51,741 nt of DNA, taken from an uncultured Candidatus Saccharibacteria bacterium. Its GTDB lineage: Bacteria > Patescibacteriota > Minisyncoccia > Phycocordibacterales > UBA9973. This document shows, in pieces, positions 43,523 through 51,741 of this stretch. The first letter of the stretch is position 1. Each line of letters begins with the position of its first letter. The stretch covers positions 1 to 51,741 of the forward strand of contig CAZKJE010000003.1 of NCBI GenBank assembly GCA_964553015.1, read 5' to 3'. Below the pieces are notes generated by a model, which worked only from the letters and a program-made list of their open reading frames with translations, made no database searches and had not been told where the DNA came from. The translations under genes were made by a program, and so were the position numbers.

Positions 43523-43540
43523 AAGCTATAACCCAATCAC

Positions 43541-43843
43541 ATGCAAATACATAATTTAAAAAGAATTCATAAAAATAAAGGAGACAGGCTGGTGGGCCGA
43601 GGAGGCAAGCATGCCAAGACGTCCGGCCGCGGGGGCAAGGGGCAGACCGCCCGCGCCGGAAACAAGCGCCGTCCGGAGCTTCGTGATATTATAAAGAAGC
43701 TTCCAAAAATGCGAGGTTATCAGTTCAAATCCATTCAGAAAGTTACAGTAGTAGAAAAAGACAAGCTCGTAGCCAAAGGTGAAAAATTTTCTGAAATCAG
43801 AAAGAGACTCGGACTAAAGGGAAAGAAGATCAGAATTAAATAA
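43541..43843 (+). CDS. rplO: 50S ribosomal protein L15 (short, 100 aa)
   Basis: GRGGKHAKTSGRGGKGQTARAG motif. It follows rpsE directly, with no L30 gene between. Confidence 0.85.
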   Translation: MQIHNLKRIHKNKGDRLVGRGGKHAKTSGRGGKGQTARAGNKRRPELRDIIKKLPKMRGYQFKSIQKVTVVEKDKLVAKGEKFSEIRKRLGLKGKKIRIK

Positions 43844-43844
43844 C

Positions 43845-45116
43845 ATGCAAAACTTCCTGAATAAACTAAAGTTAATATGGACCGACAAAGGGCTGCGGGC
43901 GAAAGTGCTCTTTGTGCTTTTTGCACTAGTGGTGTTCAGATTTCTAGCCGTAATTCCAATTCCCGGTATTGATACTATTGCGCTCAATAGATTTCTTTCA
44001 AACAATCAATTCTTCGGAATTTTAAACATATTCTCCGGAGGCGGACTTTCAAATCTTTCCATAATCATGCTCGGCGTCGGCCCATACATTACTGGCTCTA
44101 TCATCATGCAGCTTCTTACCATCATGGTGCCTGCCTTAAAAAAGATGTACCAGGAAGACGGGGAAGCAGGCAGGAAAAAATTTGCGCAGTACGGCAGGAT
44201 TCTTACGGTGCCCTTGGCTGCTATCCAGGGATTCAGCCTGCTCTTTATTTTGGAACAGCAGGGCATCTTATTTAACCTAACCTCTTTTGACCGTATCGTA
44301 AACTTGTTCATAATTATCGGGGGTTCCGTGCTTCTCATGTGGATCGGAGAGCTCGTATCCGAGTTTGGAATAGGAAACGGCGTGTCTCTTATAATCTTCG
44401 CGGGGATAGTTTCTCAGCTTCCATCAACCGTCAGCCAGCTTATTTTCACTTTTGATGTTTCTCAGATACCTTTATATCTTGGTTTCCTCGTCGCCGGAGT
44501 GCTTATTATTGCCGGCATTGTCCTTGTTACTGAAGCCGAGCGCCCTATTCCTGTCACGTATGCGAAACAAGTGCGCGGTGCAAAGATGTACGGCGGAGGT
44601 TCCACCTATCTGCCTCTTCGCGTAAACCAAGCCGGAGTTATCCCGATAATTTTTGCGCTTTCCATACTGCTTTTCCCGCAAATGATTGGAACATTCTTAT
44701 CACGATTTAGTCAGCCTATTTTAACTAAAATTTCAGGAGTTCTTCTTTCATTTACCCAAACATCTGTCTTGTATGCTTTCTTGTATTTCGGATTCGTATT
44801 TCTATTTACCTATTTCTACACTGCAGTTACGTTTGATCCGGAAGCTTTGTCTACAAATCTGCAGAAAAATGGCGCGTTTATTCCCGGTATCCGCCCCGGC
44901 GCTTCCACTTCAGAATATATTTCAAAAGTACTGACTCGCATCACTCTCCTTGGAGCGGTATTCCTCGGCTTCATAGCTGTCTTGCCTCTCATTATGCAGC
45001 GCCTCACGGGAATATCATCTCTTGCTCTCGGCGGTACCTCTATCCTCATCGTTGTCTCCGTAGTTCTCGATCTTATGAAAAAGGTTGACGCTCAGGTTTC
45101 AATGAGAGAGTACTAA
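43845..45116 (+). CDS. secY: Preprotein translocase subunit SecY
   Basis: 10-TM pattern, GIMPYI-like GVGPYITGSIIMQLL, and its position after rplO. Confidence 0.95.
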   Translation: MQNFLNKLKLIWTDKGLRAKVLFVLFALVVFRFLAVIPIPGIDTIALNRFLSNNQFFGILNIFSGGGLSNLSIIMLGVGPYITGSIIMQLLTIMVPALKKMYQEDGEAGRKKFAQYGRILTVPLAAIQGFSLLFILEQQGILFNLTSFDRIVNLFIIIGGSVLLMWIGELVSEFGIGNGVSLIIFAGIVSQLPSTVSQLIFTFDVSQIPLYLGFLVAGVLIIAGIVLVTEAERPIPVTYAKQVRGAKMYGGGSTYLPLRVNQAGVIPIIFALSILLFPQMIGTFLSRFSQPILTKISGVLLSFTQTSVLYAFLYFGFVFLFTYFYTAVTFDPEALSTNLQKNGAFIPGIRPGASTSEYISKVLTRITLLGAVFLGFIAVLPLIMQRLTGISSLALGGTSILIVVSVVLDLMKKVDAQVSMREY

Positions 45117-45133
45117 AAACGGCTAGGTCTTGC

Positions 45134-45715
45134 CTAATCGTTTTGCTTGTTTACTAACCACTTTTTGTATTCCGAAACGACGATATTAACAACCTGCTCA
45201 AGGTTGTTTTTGTTCGTGTCTATTACTATATCAAAATTATTTTTATTGGTGTGATCTTGTATGTTATACAAATCTTTGTACCTTTTTTTCTCTGATTCTC
45301 GGCGGGAAATTATTTTCTGGTGAATTTCTTCGGATGTAGCAGATTCTTCACTTTGTCTTCGGAGTTCATTTTCTTTCAGATTATTTAAAATTCTTTCTTT
45401 TGCAATTTCGGGAGGCAGGTCGAGATACACTTTGAAAGATTCAGGTATCCAATGAAATGCCAAACGAGAGTCGATAACTATATTTTCCATTTTTCCAGCT
45501 TTTCTTACCTCTTCATCTATTTTTTTGTCTATACTTTCGTCGGTCTGTGCTTTCATGCTTAAGTCATTTAGCGAAATTCCCATGTCTAGAGCAATTTTGC
45601 GCATAAAATCTCCGGAAGAAAAACGTCTAAAGCCAAGCTCTTTAGCGACGAGATCTGCAGTGCTGGATTTTCCGCTACCTAGGGTGCCTGTGATAGTAAT
45701 AATTTCTTTCTTCAT
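45134..45715 (-). CDS. Cytidylate kinase-like nucleoside monophosphate kinase
   Basis: P-loop ITITGTLGSGKSS and SSGDFMR pattern. The start is set at MKKEIITI (45715). Confidence 0.7.
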   Translation of the reverse strand: MKKEIITITGTLGSGKSSTADLVAKELGFRRFSSGDFMRKIALDMGISLNDLSMKAQTDESIDKKIDEEVRKAGKMENIVIDSRLAFHWIPESFKVYLDLPPEIAKERILNNLKENELRRQSEESATSEEIHQKIISRRESEKKRYKDLYNIQDHTNKNNFDIVIDTNKNNLEQVVNIVVSEYKKWLVNKQND

Positions 45716-45719
45716 AATT

Positions 45720-45736
45720 TGTGCTATTATAGCACA
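45720..45736. promoter_or_regulatory. 17-bp palindrome holding two divergent extended -10 promoters
   Basis: TGTGCTATTATAGCACA reads TGCTATTAT on the plus strand and TGCTATAAT on the minus strand. The ATGs lie at 45738 (plus) and 45715 (minus). Confidence 0.55.
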
Positions 45737-45737
45737 T

Positions 45738-46325
45738 ATGGAACCGCAAACTTTTATATTTTTTGGGATAGTGGGCTCCGGAAAGGGCACACAGGTAAAG
45801 CTCCTGATGGATTTCCTAAAAGCCAAAGATGGCAAGGAATGTGTTTATGTTTGTCCAGGCGATGAATACAGAAAACTCATAAAATCTGGCAATTATACCG
45901 GTTCTCTTATTCAAGAATCTGTTTCCATGGGATATCTTCAGCCGGGCTTTTTAACTGATGCAATTGTTGCAAATATTCTAATGTCTTCTTTGACTTCCGG
46001 AAAAGATTTGATAGCTGATGGATATCCCAGGGAAGTAACTCAATCCGAGAGCTTCGAAAAAATGATGAAGTTTTACAAAAGAAAAAATATAAAAATTATT
46101 TATATTGAAGTTGGAAAGGAAGAAGCCATGAAGCGCAATCTTTTGCGCGGTAGGCATGACGACACCAAAGAAGGCATAGAAAAAAGATTTGATGAATATG
46201 TAAACAAAGTATTGCCTGCTATGGATTATTTTAAAGAGAAAGATGGTTACACAATTTATACTATTAACGGCGAGCAGAGCGTGGAGGATGTGCATAAAGA
46301 CATAATTAAAGCTTTAAAATTTTAG
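45738..46325 (+). CDS. adk: Adenylate kinase (short form)
   Basis: FFGIVGSGKGTQ P-loop, DGYPRE motif and RGRHDD lid remnant. The start is set at MEPQTF. Confidence 0.88.
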   Translation: MEPQTFIFFGIVGSGKGTQVKLLMDFLKAKDGKECVYVCPGDEYRKLIKSGNYTGSLIQESVSMGYLQPGFLTDAIVANILMSSLTSGKDLIADGYPREVTQSESFEKMMKFYKRKNIKIIYIEVGKEEAMKRNLLRGRHDDTKEGIEKRFDEYVNKVLPAMDYFKEKDGYTIYTINGEQSVEDVHKDIIKALKF

Positions 46326-46332
46326 TACTGGA

Positions 46333-47106
46333 ATGGTTATAATTAAAACTCCGGAAGAAATAGAAATAATACGTGAAGGCGGCAGACGGCTTGCGACAGT
46401 GCTTCATAAAGTGAAAGAAAAAGTCACAGCTGGAATATCCACAAAAGAACTGGACCTGTATGCCGAAAAATTGATCCGCGATATGGGGGATACTCCGGCT
46501 TTTTTAGATTACCGACCCGAGGGAGCACACAAGCCGTTTCCGGCGTCGCTCTGCATTTCGGTAAACGACGAAGTTGTGCACGGAATTCCGAAGAAAAGTA
46601 AAATTTTAAAAGAGGGAGATATAGTCGGACTTGATTTGGGAGTTAAACATCGGGAACTTTTTACGGATATGGCCATGACTGTGCCAGTCGGCAAAGTGAA
46701 TGGAACAGATTTAAAACTTATCGCAGTTACCGAACAAGCGCTACAAGAAGGAATCAAGGCGGCACAAGCTGGAAATACTGTGGGTGATATTGGTTACGCT
46801 ATTGAAAGCTTTGTACGTGCTCAAAAAAATAAATATGGCATTGTGGAAGTTTTGTCGGGCCACGGCGTCGGGCAGGAGATTCACGAAGATCCATATATTC
46901 CAAACTTCGGACGACCGGGCACGGGCGCCAAGCTAAAAGCGGGGATGATCATAGCGCTTGAGCCGATGCTGAACTTAGGCACAAAACATGTCACCATAGA
47001 TGACGACGGCTATACGATCCGCACCGCCGATGGCAAGCGAAGCGCGCATTTTGAGCACACAATTCTTATTACAGGAGGCGCGCCGGAGATTCTTACCAAG
47101 ATATAG
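46333..47106 (+). CDS. map: Methionine aminopeptidase type I
   Basis: VHGIP, DIVGLDLG, GHGVG and EPM metal-ligand motifs. Confidence 0.93.
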   Translation: MVIIKTPEEIEIIREGGRRLATVLHKVKEKVTAGISTKELDLYAEKLIRDMGDTPAFLDYRPEGAHKPFPASLCISVNDEVVHGIPKKSKILKEGDIVGLDLGVKHRELFTDMAMTVPVGKVNGTDLKLIAVTEQALQEGIKAAQAGNTVGDIGYAIESFVRAQKNKYGIVEVLSGHGVGQEIHEDPYIPNFGRPGTGAKLKAGMIIALEPMLNLGTKHVTIDDDGYTIRTADGKRSAHFEHTILITGGAPEILTKI

Positions 47107-47206
47107 CAAGAAATTAATAAATTTAGGGTCGGATATTTTTTTACTAAAAATTCCTTCTGCTCGGCTCGACAGCCTGCGCAAAACCCTAAATTTATTAATT
47201 TCTTGC
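47106..47206. repeat. Perfect 24-bp inverted repeat with a 53-nt loop
   Basis: GCAAGAAATTAATAAATTTAGGGT (47106-47129) pairs with ACCCTAAATTTATTAATTTCTTGC (47183-47206), followed by TTTCTTTG. Confidence 0.8.
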
Positions 47207-47230
47207 TTTCTTTGTGGTATTATTAAATTA

Positions 47231-49999
47231 ATGGAGCCGACATTCTTTAAAGAAATGCCGAAGTTTAATACGCCGCAAGAGGAGCTCGATTATTTGCGCG
47301 CGCATGTGAGAGAGCGGGAAGAGCAGCTCATAAAAATCGGGCATGTGGAGCACGTTTCAGACACCGCGGCAAAAGATATTATTCAAGAATATAGCAATGT
47401 TCCGGTAGAAAAAGTTCTGCATAGAGCTAGTGTTTTAGAGAAAGAGGAAGCTGAAAGTATAATCTTGGCTTTGAGGCCTGAACCTCACGATAATGTAATG
47501 GAAGAGCTTCTGGGGATAGTTATTACCAAGGGAATACGAAATGCGCTCTCTGTTGTAGAAGCGATGAACAGCGCGCACATAGATGACGATTTTCACCGGC
47601 TTCTGGTGCAGTATTTAAAAACTGGGCAAGTTATTTCTGATTTTAAGGAAGGCACGCCTCTGTATAAATCCCTCAACATGACGCTTTTTGAGATCACTCT
47701 GCCTCCGCCTACCGACGAAGCCGACAAATCAAAAGGTTTTAAGGAATTCATCGGCGCCATGGAGCAGTTCTATGCGGGTATGCATTCTATCAGCGAAGGC
47801 AAAGCCAACGCTAAAGAAAATTATTTTACTTTAGAAGTGGCTCTCGGAAATCAAAATGATGAAGTTGTGGTGTATGCCGGAATTCCAAATAAGCATTTAT
47901 CGCTTTTTGAAAAACAAATTCTGGCTTTTTATCATGATGCAAAAGTGCGGGAGGTAACAGATGATTACAATGTTTTCAATGAAAACGGAGGATCAGTCGG
48001 GGCATATGCTGTATTGTCCGAGCGGGGGGTGATGCCGATAAAGACGTATGACAACATCGAGCACGACCCGATGAACACGATTCTGAATGTGTTTTCCAAA
48101 TTAAAAACTACGGGCGAAGGCGCGGCGATACAATTGGTAATTGCTCCTGCAGGAGATAAATTTATAAACGAGTTTCATATTATCTTGGACGATGTTAAGG
48201 AGGGCTATTCTGTAAAATACGCCGATGACAATTTTTACAAATTCCATAGAGCTTTTACAAAAGTAGGCAAAGAATTGATCTTTGGCAAAAAAGAGCCGGA
48301 AAACGGAGAAAGTAAAGAAAAAAACATGAAAGGCCGGCGCGCGGTGGATGAAGGAGCGGTGGAAAAGATCGGCAACAAAATAAAAAGCACGATAATGAAA
48401 GCAAATATTCGCGTGATAGCTTCGGGGGAGACCAAGGAGCGCGCGGAGGCGATACTGCGGGAAATAGAATCCTCCTTCAACCAGTTTTCCGAAGCAGCCA
48501 GCAACTCTTTTATTTTTAAACAGGCGCGCGGAAGCGAACTCAAAAAACTTTTTCATGATTTTTCTTACCGCACATTTTCAAGCGATAAAATAATGCCTCT
48601 CAATTTAAAAGAGTTGTCTTCGGTATTTCATTTTCCTGTGGGCATAGGCAGCCAGCCCCAGCTTAAAGAAGCAAAAGCGGGTATTGCTCCCGCACCTATT
48701 GAAATGGGCCAAGAGGGAATAATTCTCGGCATAAATAGCTACCGAGGCAGGGATACCGAGATTCATCTTGCGAGAGAAGACAGGATGCGACACTTTTATG
48801 CCATTGGTCAGACGGGTACCGGTAAGACGAATATTATGCTCAATATGATAACGCAGGATATAAAAAATGGAGACGGCTGCTGCTATATCGATCCGCATGG
48901 CACGGATATTCAGACTATTCTTTCGCGTATACCAAAAGAGCGCATTGACGATGTCATTTATTTTGACCCTGCGTACACCGCGCGTCCGATGGGCTTAAAC
49001 ATGCTGGAATACGATCCGAAATATCCGGAACAAAAAACTTTTGTGGTGAATGAAATGATGGGTATTTTTAATAAGCTTTTCGACATGAAAGTCGGCGGCG
49101 GGGCGATGTTTGAGCAGTATTTCAGAAATAGCGCTTTTCTCGTGATGGAAGATCCGGAATCCGGCTCGACTCTGCTTGAGATCACGCGCGTTTTAGCTGA
49201 TAAAGAATTTCGCGATTTAAAACTTGCGAGGTGCAAAAATCCGATCATCAAGCAGTTCTGGATCTCGGCCGAACAGACTTCGGGAGATCAGTCGCTTGCG
49301 AACTTTGTGCCTTATATTTCCTCAAAATTTGATAACTTTATCTCAAACGACATCATGCGGCCGGTCGTGCTTCAGCAGAATTCCGTTTTCAACTTCAGGA
49401 AGATCATGGATGAAAAGAAAATTCTTTTGGTGAATCTTTCCAAAGGGCGGCTCGGCGACATAAATGCAAATCTGATAGGTCTGGTGCTCGTCGGCAAGAT
49501 ACAGATGGCGGCTCTTTCCCGCGTAGATATGTTTGGCAAGCCGATGAATGATTTTTATCTGTACATAGATGAGTTCCAGAATGTTACCACAGACTCTATT
49601 GCTTCTATTTTGTCAGAGGCAAGAAAATACAGGCTGTCTTTAAACATTGCACATCAATATATCACCCAGCTTGAGGAAAATATCAAAAATGCTGTTTTCG
49701 GCAACGTCGGTTCCATGGCCGTGTTCCGAGTCGGCACTGAAGATGCGACATTTCTGGAGCCAAAATTCAAACCGCAATTTACCGCGCAGGATATTACCAA
49801 ATTAGATAACTATAATGCGTACGTAAATATGTTAGTACGAGGCCAGCCCACCAAGCCATTTAATCTAAAGACTTTGGCACCCGAGAAAGGAAATCCCGAC
49901 ATTGTGGACAGTCTTAAAGAACTTTCTTATGTAAAATACGGCCGGGATCGCGAAGAAGTGGAAGCCGAAATCATGGCCCGCTATAACACGATGGAATAA
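47231..49999 (+). CDS. TraD/VirD4-like (type IV coupling protein family) P-loop ATPase with a large unassigned N-terminal region
   Basis: Walker A GQTGTGKT, Walker B-like FYLYIDEFQN, and an ARKYRLSLNIAHQY pattern typical of TraG/TraD C-terminal domains. The start is set at MEPTFF because the upstream ORF part overlaps map and the inverted repeat. Confidence 0.7.
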   Translation: MEPTFFKEMPKFNTPQEELDYLRAHVREREEQLIKIGHVEHVSDTAAKDIIQEYSNVPVEKVLHRASVLEKEEAESIILALRPEPHDNVMEELLGIVITKGIRNALSVVEAMNSAHIDDDFHRLLVQYLKTGQVISDFKEGTPLYKSLNMTLFEITLPPPTDEADKSKGFKEFIGAMEQFYAGMHSISEGKANAKENYFTLEVALGNQNDEVVVYAGIPNKHLSLFEKQILAFYHDAKVREVTDDYNVFNENGGSVGAYAVLSERGVMPIKTYDNIEHDPMNTILNVFSKLKTTGEGAAIQLVIAPAGDKFINEFHIILDDVKEGYSVKYADDNFYKFHRAFTKVGKELIFGKKEPENGESKEKNMKGRRAVDEGAVEKIGNKIKSTIMKANIRVIASGETKERAEAILREIESSFNQFSEAASNSFIFKQARGSELKKLFHDFSYRTFSSDKIMPLNLKELSSVFHFPVGIGSQPQLKEAKAGIAPAPIEMGQEGIILGINSYRGRDTEIHLAREDRMRHFYAIGQTGTGKTNIMLNMITQDIKNGDGCCYIDPHGTDIQTILSRIPKERIDDVIYFDPAYTARPMGLNMLEYDPKYPEQKTFVVNEMMGIFNKLFDMKVGGGAMFEQYFRNSAFLVMEDPESGSTLLEITRVLADKEFRDLKLARCKNPIIKQFWISAEQTSGDQSLANFVPYISSKFDNFISNDIMRPVVLQQNSVFNFRKIMDEKKILLVNLSKGRLGDINANLIGLVLVGKIQMAALSRVDMFGKPMNDFYLYIDEFQNVTTDSIASILSEARKYRLSLNIAHQYITQLEENIKNAVFGNVGSMAVFRVGTEDATFLEPKFKPQFTAQDITKLDNYNAYVNMLVRGQPTKPFNLKTLAPEKGNPDIVDSLKELSYVKYGRDREEVEAEIMARYNTME

Positions 50000-50028
50000 A
50001 TTTGTTTTTTATTCAATAACGTGTTAGG

Positions 50029-50382
50029 ATGACACTCATGGATAAATTAAAAGATCAATCTTTCCATGGGGGAAATTCAGAAGAAACTGTACCGTTGGAA
50101 GCGATGTCTATTGCTGAGTTGGAAGAATTTGAGAACCAAATTATAAGAGAAACTCAGGAAATTCTAGAGCAAAAACTGGCGGTTATACGAGCAAGAGTTA
50201 ATGAAAAATTACACATGGCTTTTGCTAAATATAAAGAAGATTTATTAAAAGTTGATGAAGAGAAAAAAGCAGGTACCCACGGAGATGATTTTATTAAAAT
50301 GTTTGAAAAAATGATTTTAGAGAATTTTCTTGACAAGATAAACGGCATAAAAGAAGATACCAAAAAGGGCTTATCAGTTTAA
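50029..50382 (+). CDS. Hypothetical coiled-coil protein (117 aa)
   Basis: Clean ORF, Glu/Lys-rich heptad-like sequence. Confidence 0.45.
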   Translation: MTLMDKLKDQSFHGGNSEETVPLEAMSIAELEEFENQIIRETQEILEQKLAVIRARVNEKLHMAFAKYKEDLLKVDEEKKAGTHGDDFIKMFEKMILENFLDKINGIKEDTKKGLSV

Positions 50383-50399
50383 TTTAACAAGCAAGGAAT

Positions 50400-50984
50400 A
50401 TGAAACATCCAAAACAAGAAAGAACATATGTAATGATAAAGCCGGACGGGGTACGGAAAGGCCTCACGGGCGAGATAATTTCTCGTTTTGAAAAGAGGGA
50501 TTTAAAGATCGTAGCGCTGGAAATGTTCCAGCCTTCGCATGAGCTTTTAGACAATCATTATCCCAAAAACGAAGAGTGGATCACAAGGCTCGGCAAGAAA
50601 ACTCTTTCAACTTACGAAAAATACGGCTACGATGCAATGTTGGATTTCGGCACGATGGATGCCGCTGTTATCGGTCCCGAAATTCGCAAATGGCTTATTG
50701 ATTACATGAAGACTTCTCCGTTAGTAAAAATCGTGGTGCAGGGGATACACGCCGTAGACGTTGTCAGGAAAATTGCCGGAGAAACTATGCCGTATTTGGC
50801 AGCCGTGGGAACAATTCGCGGAGATTTCTCAATTGATTCTCCTGCGTTGGCCAATAAAGAAAAAAGAGCAGTGATGAACATAATTCACTGTTCCGAAACT
50901 CCGGAAGAAGCCGAGCATGAAATAAAGCATTGGTTCGGTGATGGTAAAACTTACGACTATAAACGCTTTGGAGTGGATGAGTAA
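50400..50984 (+). CDS. ndk: Nucleoside diphosphate kinase (long form)
   Basis: ERTYVMIKPDGV start, TIRGDF, and the NIIHCSE active-site His motif. Confidence 0.88.
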   Translation: MKHPKQERTYVMIKPDGVRKGLTGEIISRFEKRDLKIVALEMFQPSHELLDNHYPKNEEWITRLGKKTLSTYEKYGYDAMLDFGTMDAAVIGPEIRKWLIDYMKTSPLVKIVVQGIHAVDVVRKIAGETMPYLAAVGTIRGDFSIDSPALANKEKRAVMNIIHCSETPEEAEHEIKHWFGDGKTYDYKRFGVDE

Positions 50985-50991
50985 AAAATAA

Positions 50992-51012
50992 AGCCCCTTC
51001 ACGGGGCTTTTG
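50992..51012 (+). terminator. Intrinsic terminator after ndk
   Basis: AGCCCC-ttcac-GGGGCT followed by TTTTG. Confidence 0.65.
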
Positions 51013-51028
51013 TGTTAATATTATTTTT

Positions 51029-51568
51029 ATGCAGGAAATTGAAACAAAAATTCTAGAGGTGGACGTAAATAAAATAAAAGAAAAAATGCTTGGGCTCGGA
51101 GCAGAAAAAACACAAGACACTCGTCTTTCTGTGGACTGGTTTAAGGCGCCCGAACATGAGGAAGGAAAATATCCCTGGTTTCTGCGGATAAGGACAGATA
51201 GCGGAGGCAATAGTGAAGTCACATGGAAAGGCAAGAGGGAGCATTTAGGTGTTTCCAGTACCAAAAAAGAAATAAATCTGCAAGTTGCTGACAGAGATGC
51301 ATGCACAGAGCTTTTCAGAGAGATAGGATTAGAGCTTTATGGGCATCAGGAAAAAGATCGTATTTCATGGAAATACAAAAATTGGAGATTTGACTTAGAT
51401 ACATATCCGAAGATGCCGACATATTTGGAAATAGAAGGAGAGAGTGAAGAAGATATTGTAGAAGCAATAAAATTACTAGAATTAGAAAAAAATGTCGCAA
51501 CCCCAAAAGGAGAAAGAGATGTGATATCTCAAAACTATGGTCTAGACTGGTATAATATGAGATTTTAG
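51029..51568 (+). CDS. CYTH-domain protein (class IV adenylate cyclase / triphosphatase family)
   Basis: N-terminal EIETK (ExExK) motif and a typical size of about 180 aa. Confidence 0.7.
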   Translation: MQEIETKILEVDVNKIKEKMLGLGAEKTQDTRLSVDWFKAPEHEEGKYPWFLRIRTDSGGNSEVTWKGKREHLGVSSTKKEINLQVADRDACTELFREIGLELYGHQEKDRISWKYKNWRFDLDTYPKMPTYLEIEGESEEDIVEAIKLLELEKNVATPKGERDVISQNYGLDWYNMRF

Positions 51569-51741
51569 ACGCCTAATAATTCCGAAACGAAATAAATAAT
51601 TCGTCCATATTGCCAGAATTTTGGAGAAGAGTATACTTTAGGTAGGGTTATTTCCGATTATTACCTAGAACACTAATTTATGGGAGCGTCGATCGATTAG
51701 AGCCTTGGTTCCAAACGTCTCGCACCCACCTAGCACCTAGC

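Noticed and set aside
45525-45835. Mutually overlapping extended ORFs for adk (from 45525) and the cmk-like gene (to 45835)
   Set aside because: Each extension is the antisense of the other gene's conserved P-loop region. The conserved N-termini start at 45738 and 45715.
47000-47230. 77-codon N-terminal extension of the 999-aa ORF
   Set aside because: It overlaps the 3' end of map in another frame and runs through the 24-bp inverted repeat. A plausible start, MEPTFF, lies at 47231.
111-51506. Many 60-190-aa ORFs antisense to, or out of frame with, well-supported genes (for example 111-380, 797-1105, 11836-12096, 28622-29191, 31703-32269, 33171-33671, 34753-35190, 39053-39556, 42394-42879, 48101-48556, 50785-51306)
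   Set aside because: Each lies wholly within a CDS that has clear family motifs on the other strand or frame. Their sequences are low-complexity, and none has an independent start context.

Overview
A 51.7-kb AT-rich bacterial segment. Hand counts on sample 60-nt lines give about 37% GC in ordinary genes. Gene content and style fit a small-genome Candidate Phyla Radiation / Patescibacteria (Parcubacteria-like) organism: a compact str-S10-spc ribosomal protein cluster with no L30 gene, no rplA after rplK, shortened L15 and L24, a pilMNO type IV pilus module, a giant repeat-rich surface protein, and almost no Shine-Dalgarno (SD) sequences. I call about 70 CDSs: rpsL-rpsG-fusA, pyrD-pyrE-pyrF, tuf, rpsJ through secY, adk, map, secE-nusG-rplK, a dCMP deaminase/MazG/folA/thyA module, murB, tsaC, a P-type ATPase, a DEAD-box helicase, ndk and others. 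I also call 7 tRNAs, several sigma70 / extended -10 promoters and several intrinsic terminators. No rRNA, CRISPR array, transposase or integrase is visible. The most unusual features are as follows. (1) A 634-bp GC-rich insert lies between rplB and rpsS, with its own promoter and terminator. It is a candidate novel structured RNA or small-ORF module. (2) Two further GC-rich (about 57-68%) self-contained cassettes carry strong SD sites, one beside the 3' end of a tRNA-Arg gene. (3) A REP-like double-hairpin repeat family marks operon breaks. (4) Intergenic spacers are built from tandem 7-nt or 10-nt units that each carry a stop codon, which gives stops in all three frames. (5) Hairpin plus U-tract elements recur at predicted +1 positions. 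(6) Several genes show a leaderless layout (TGnTAnnnT-N6/7-ATG), including a 17-bp palindrome that holds two divergent extended -10 promoters for cmk-like and adk. (7) An orphan wHTH-Cas2-like gene is bracketed by identical 14-nt repeats. All functional calls rest on motif recognition by eye. No database search was possible.
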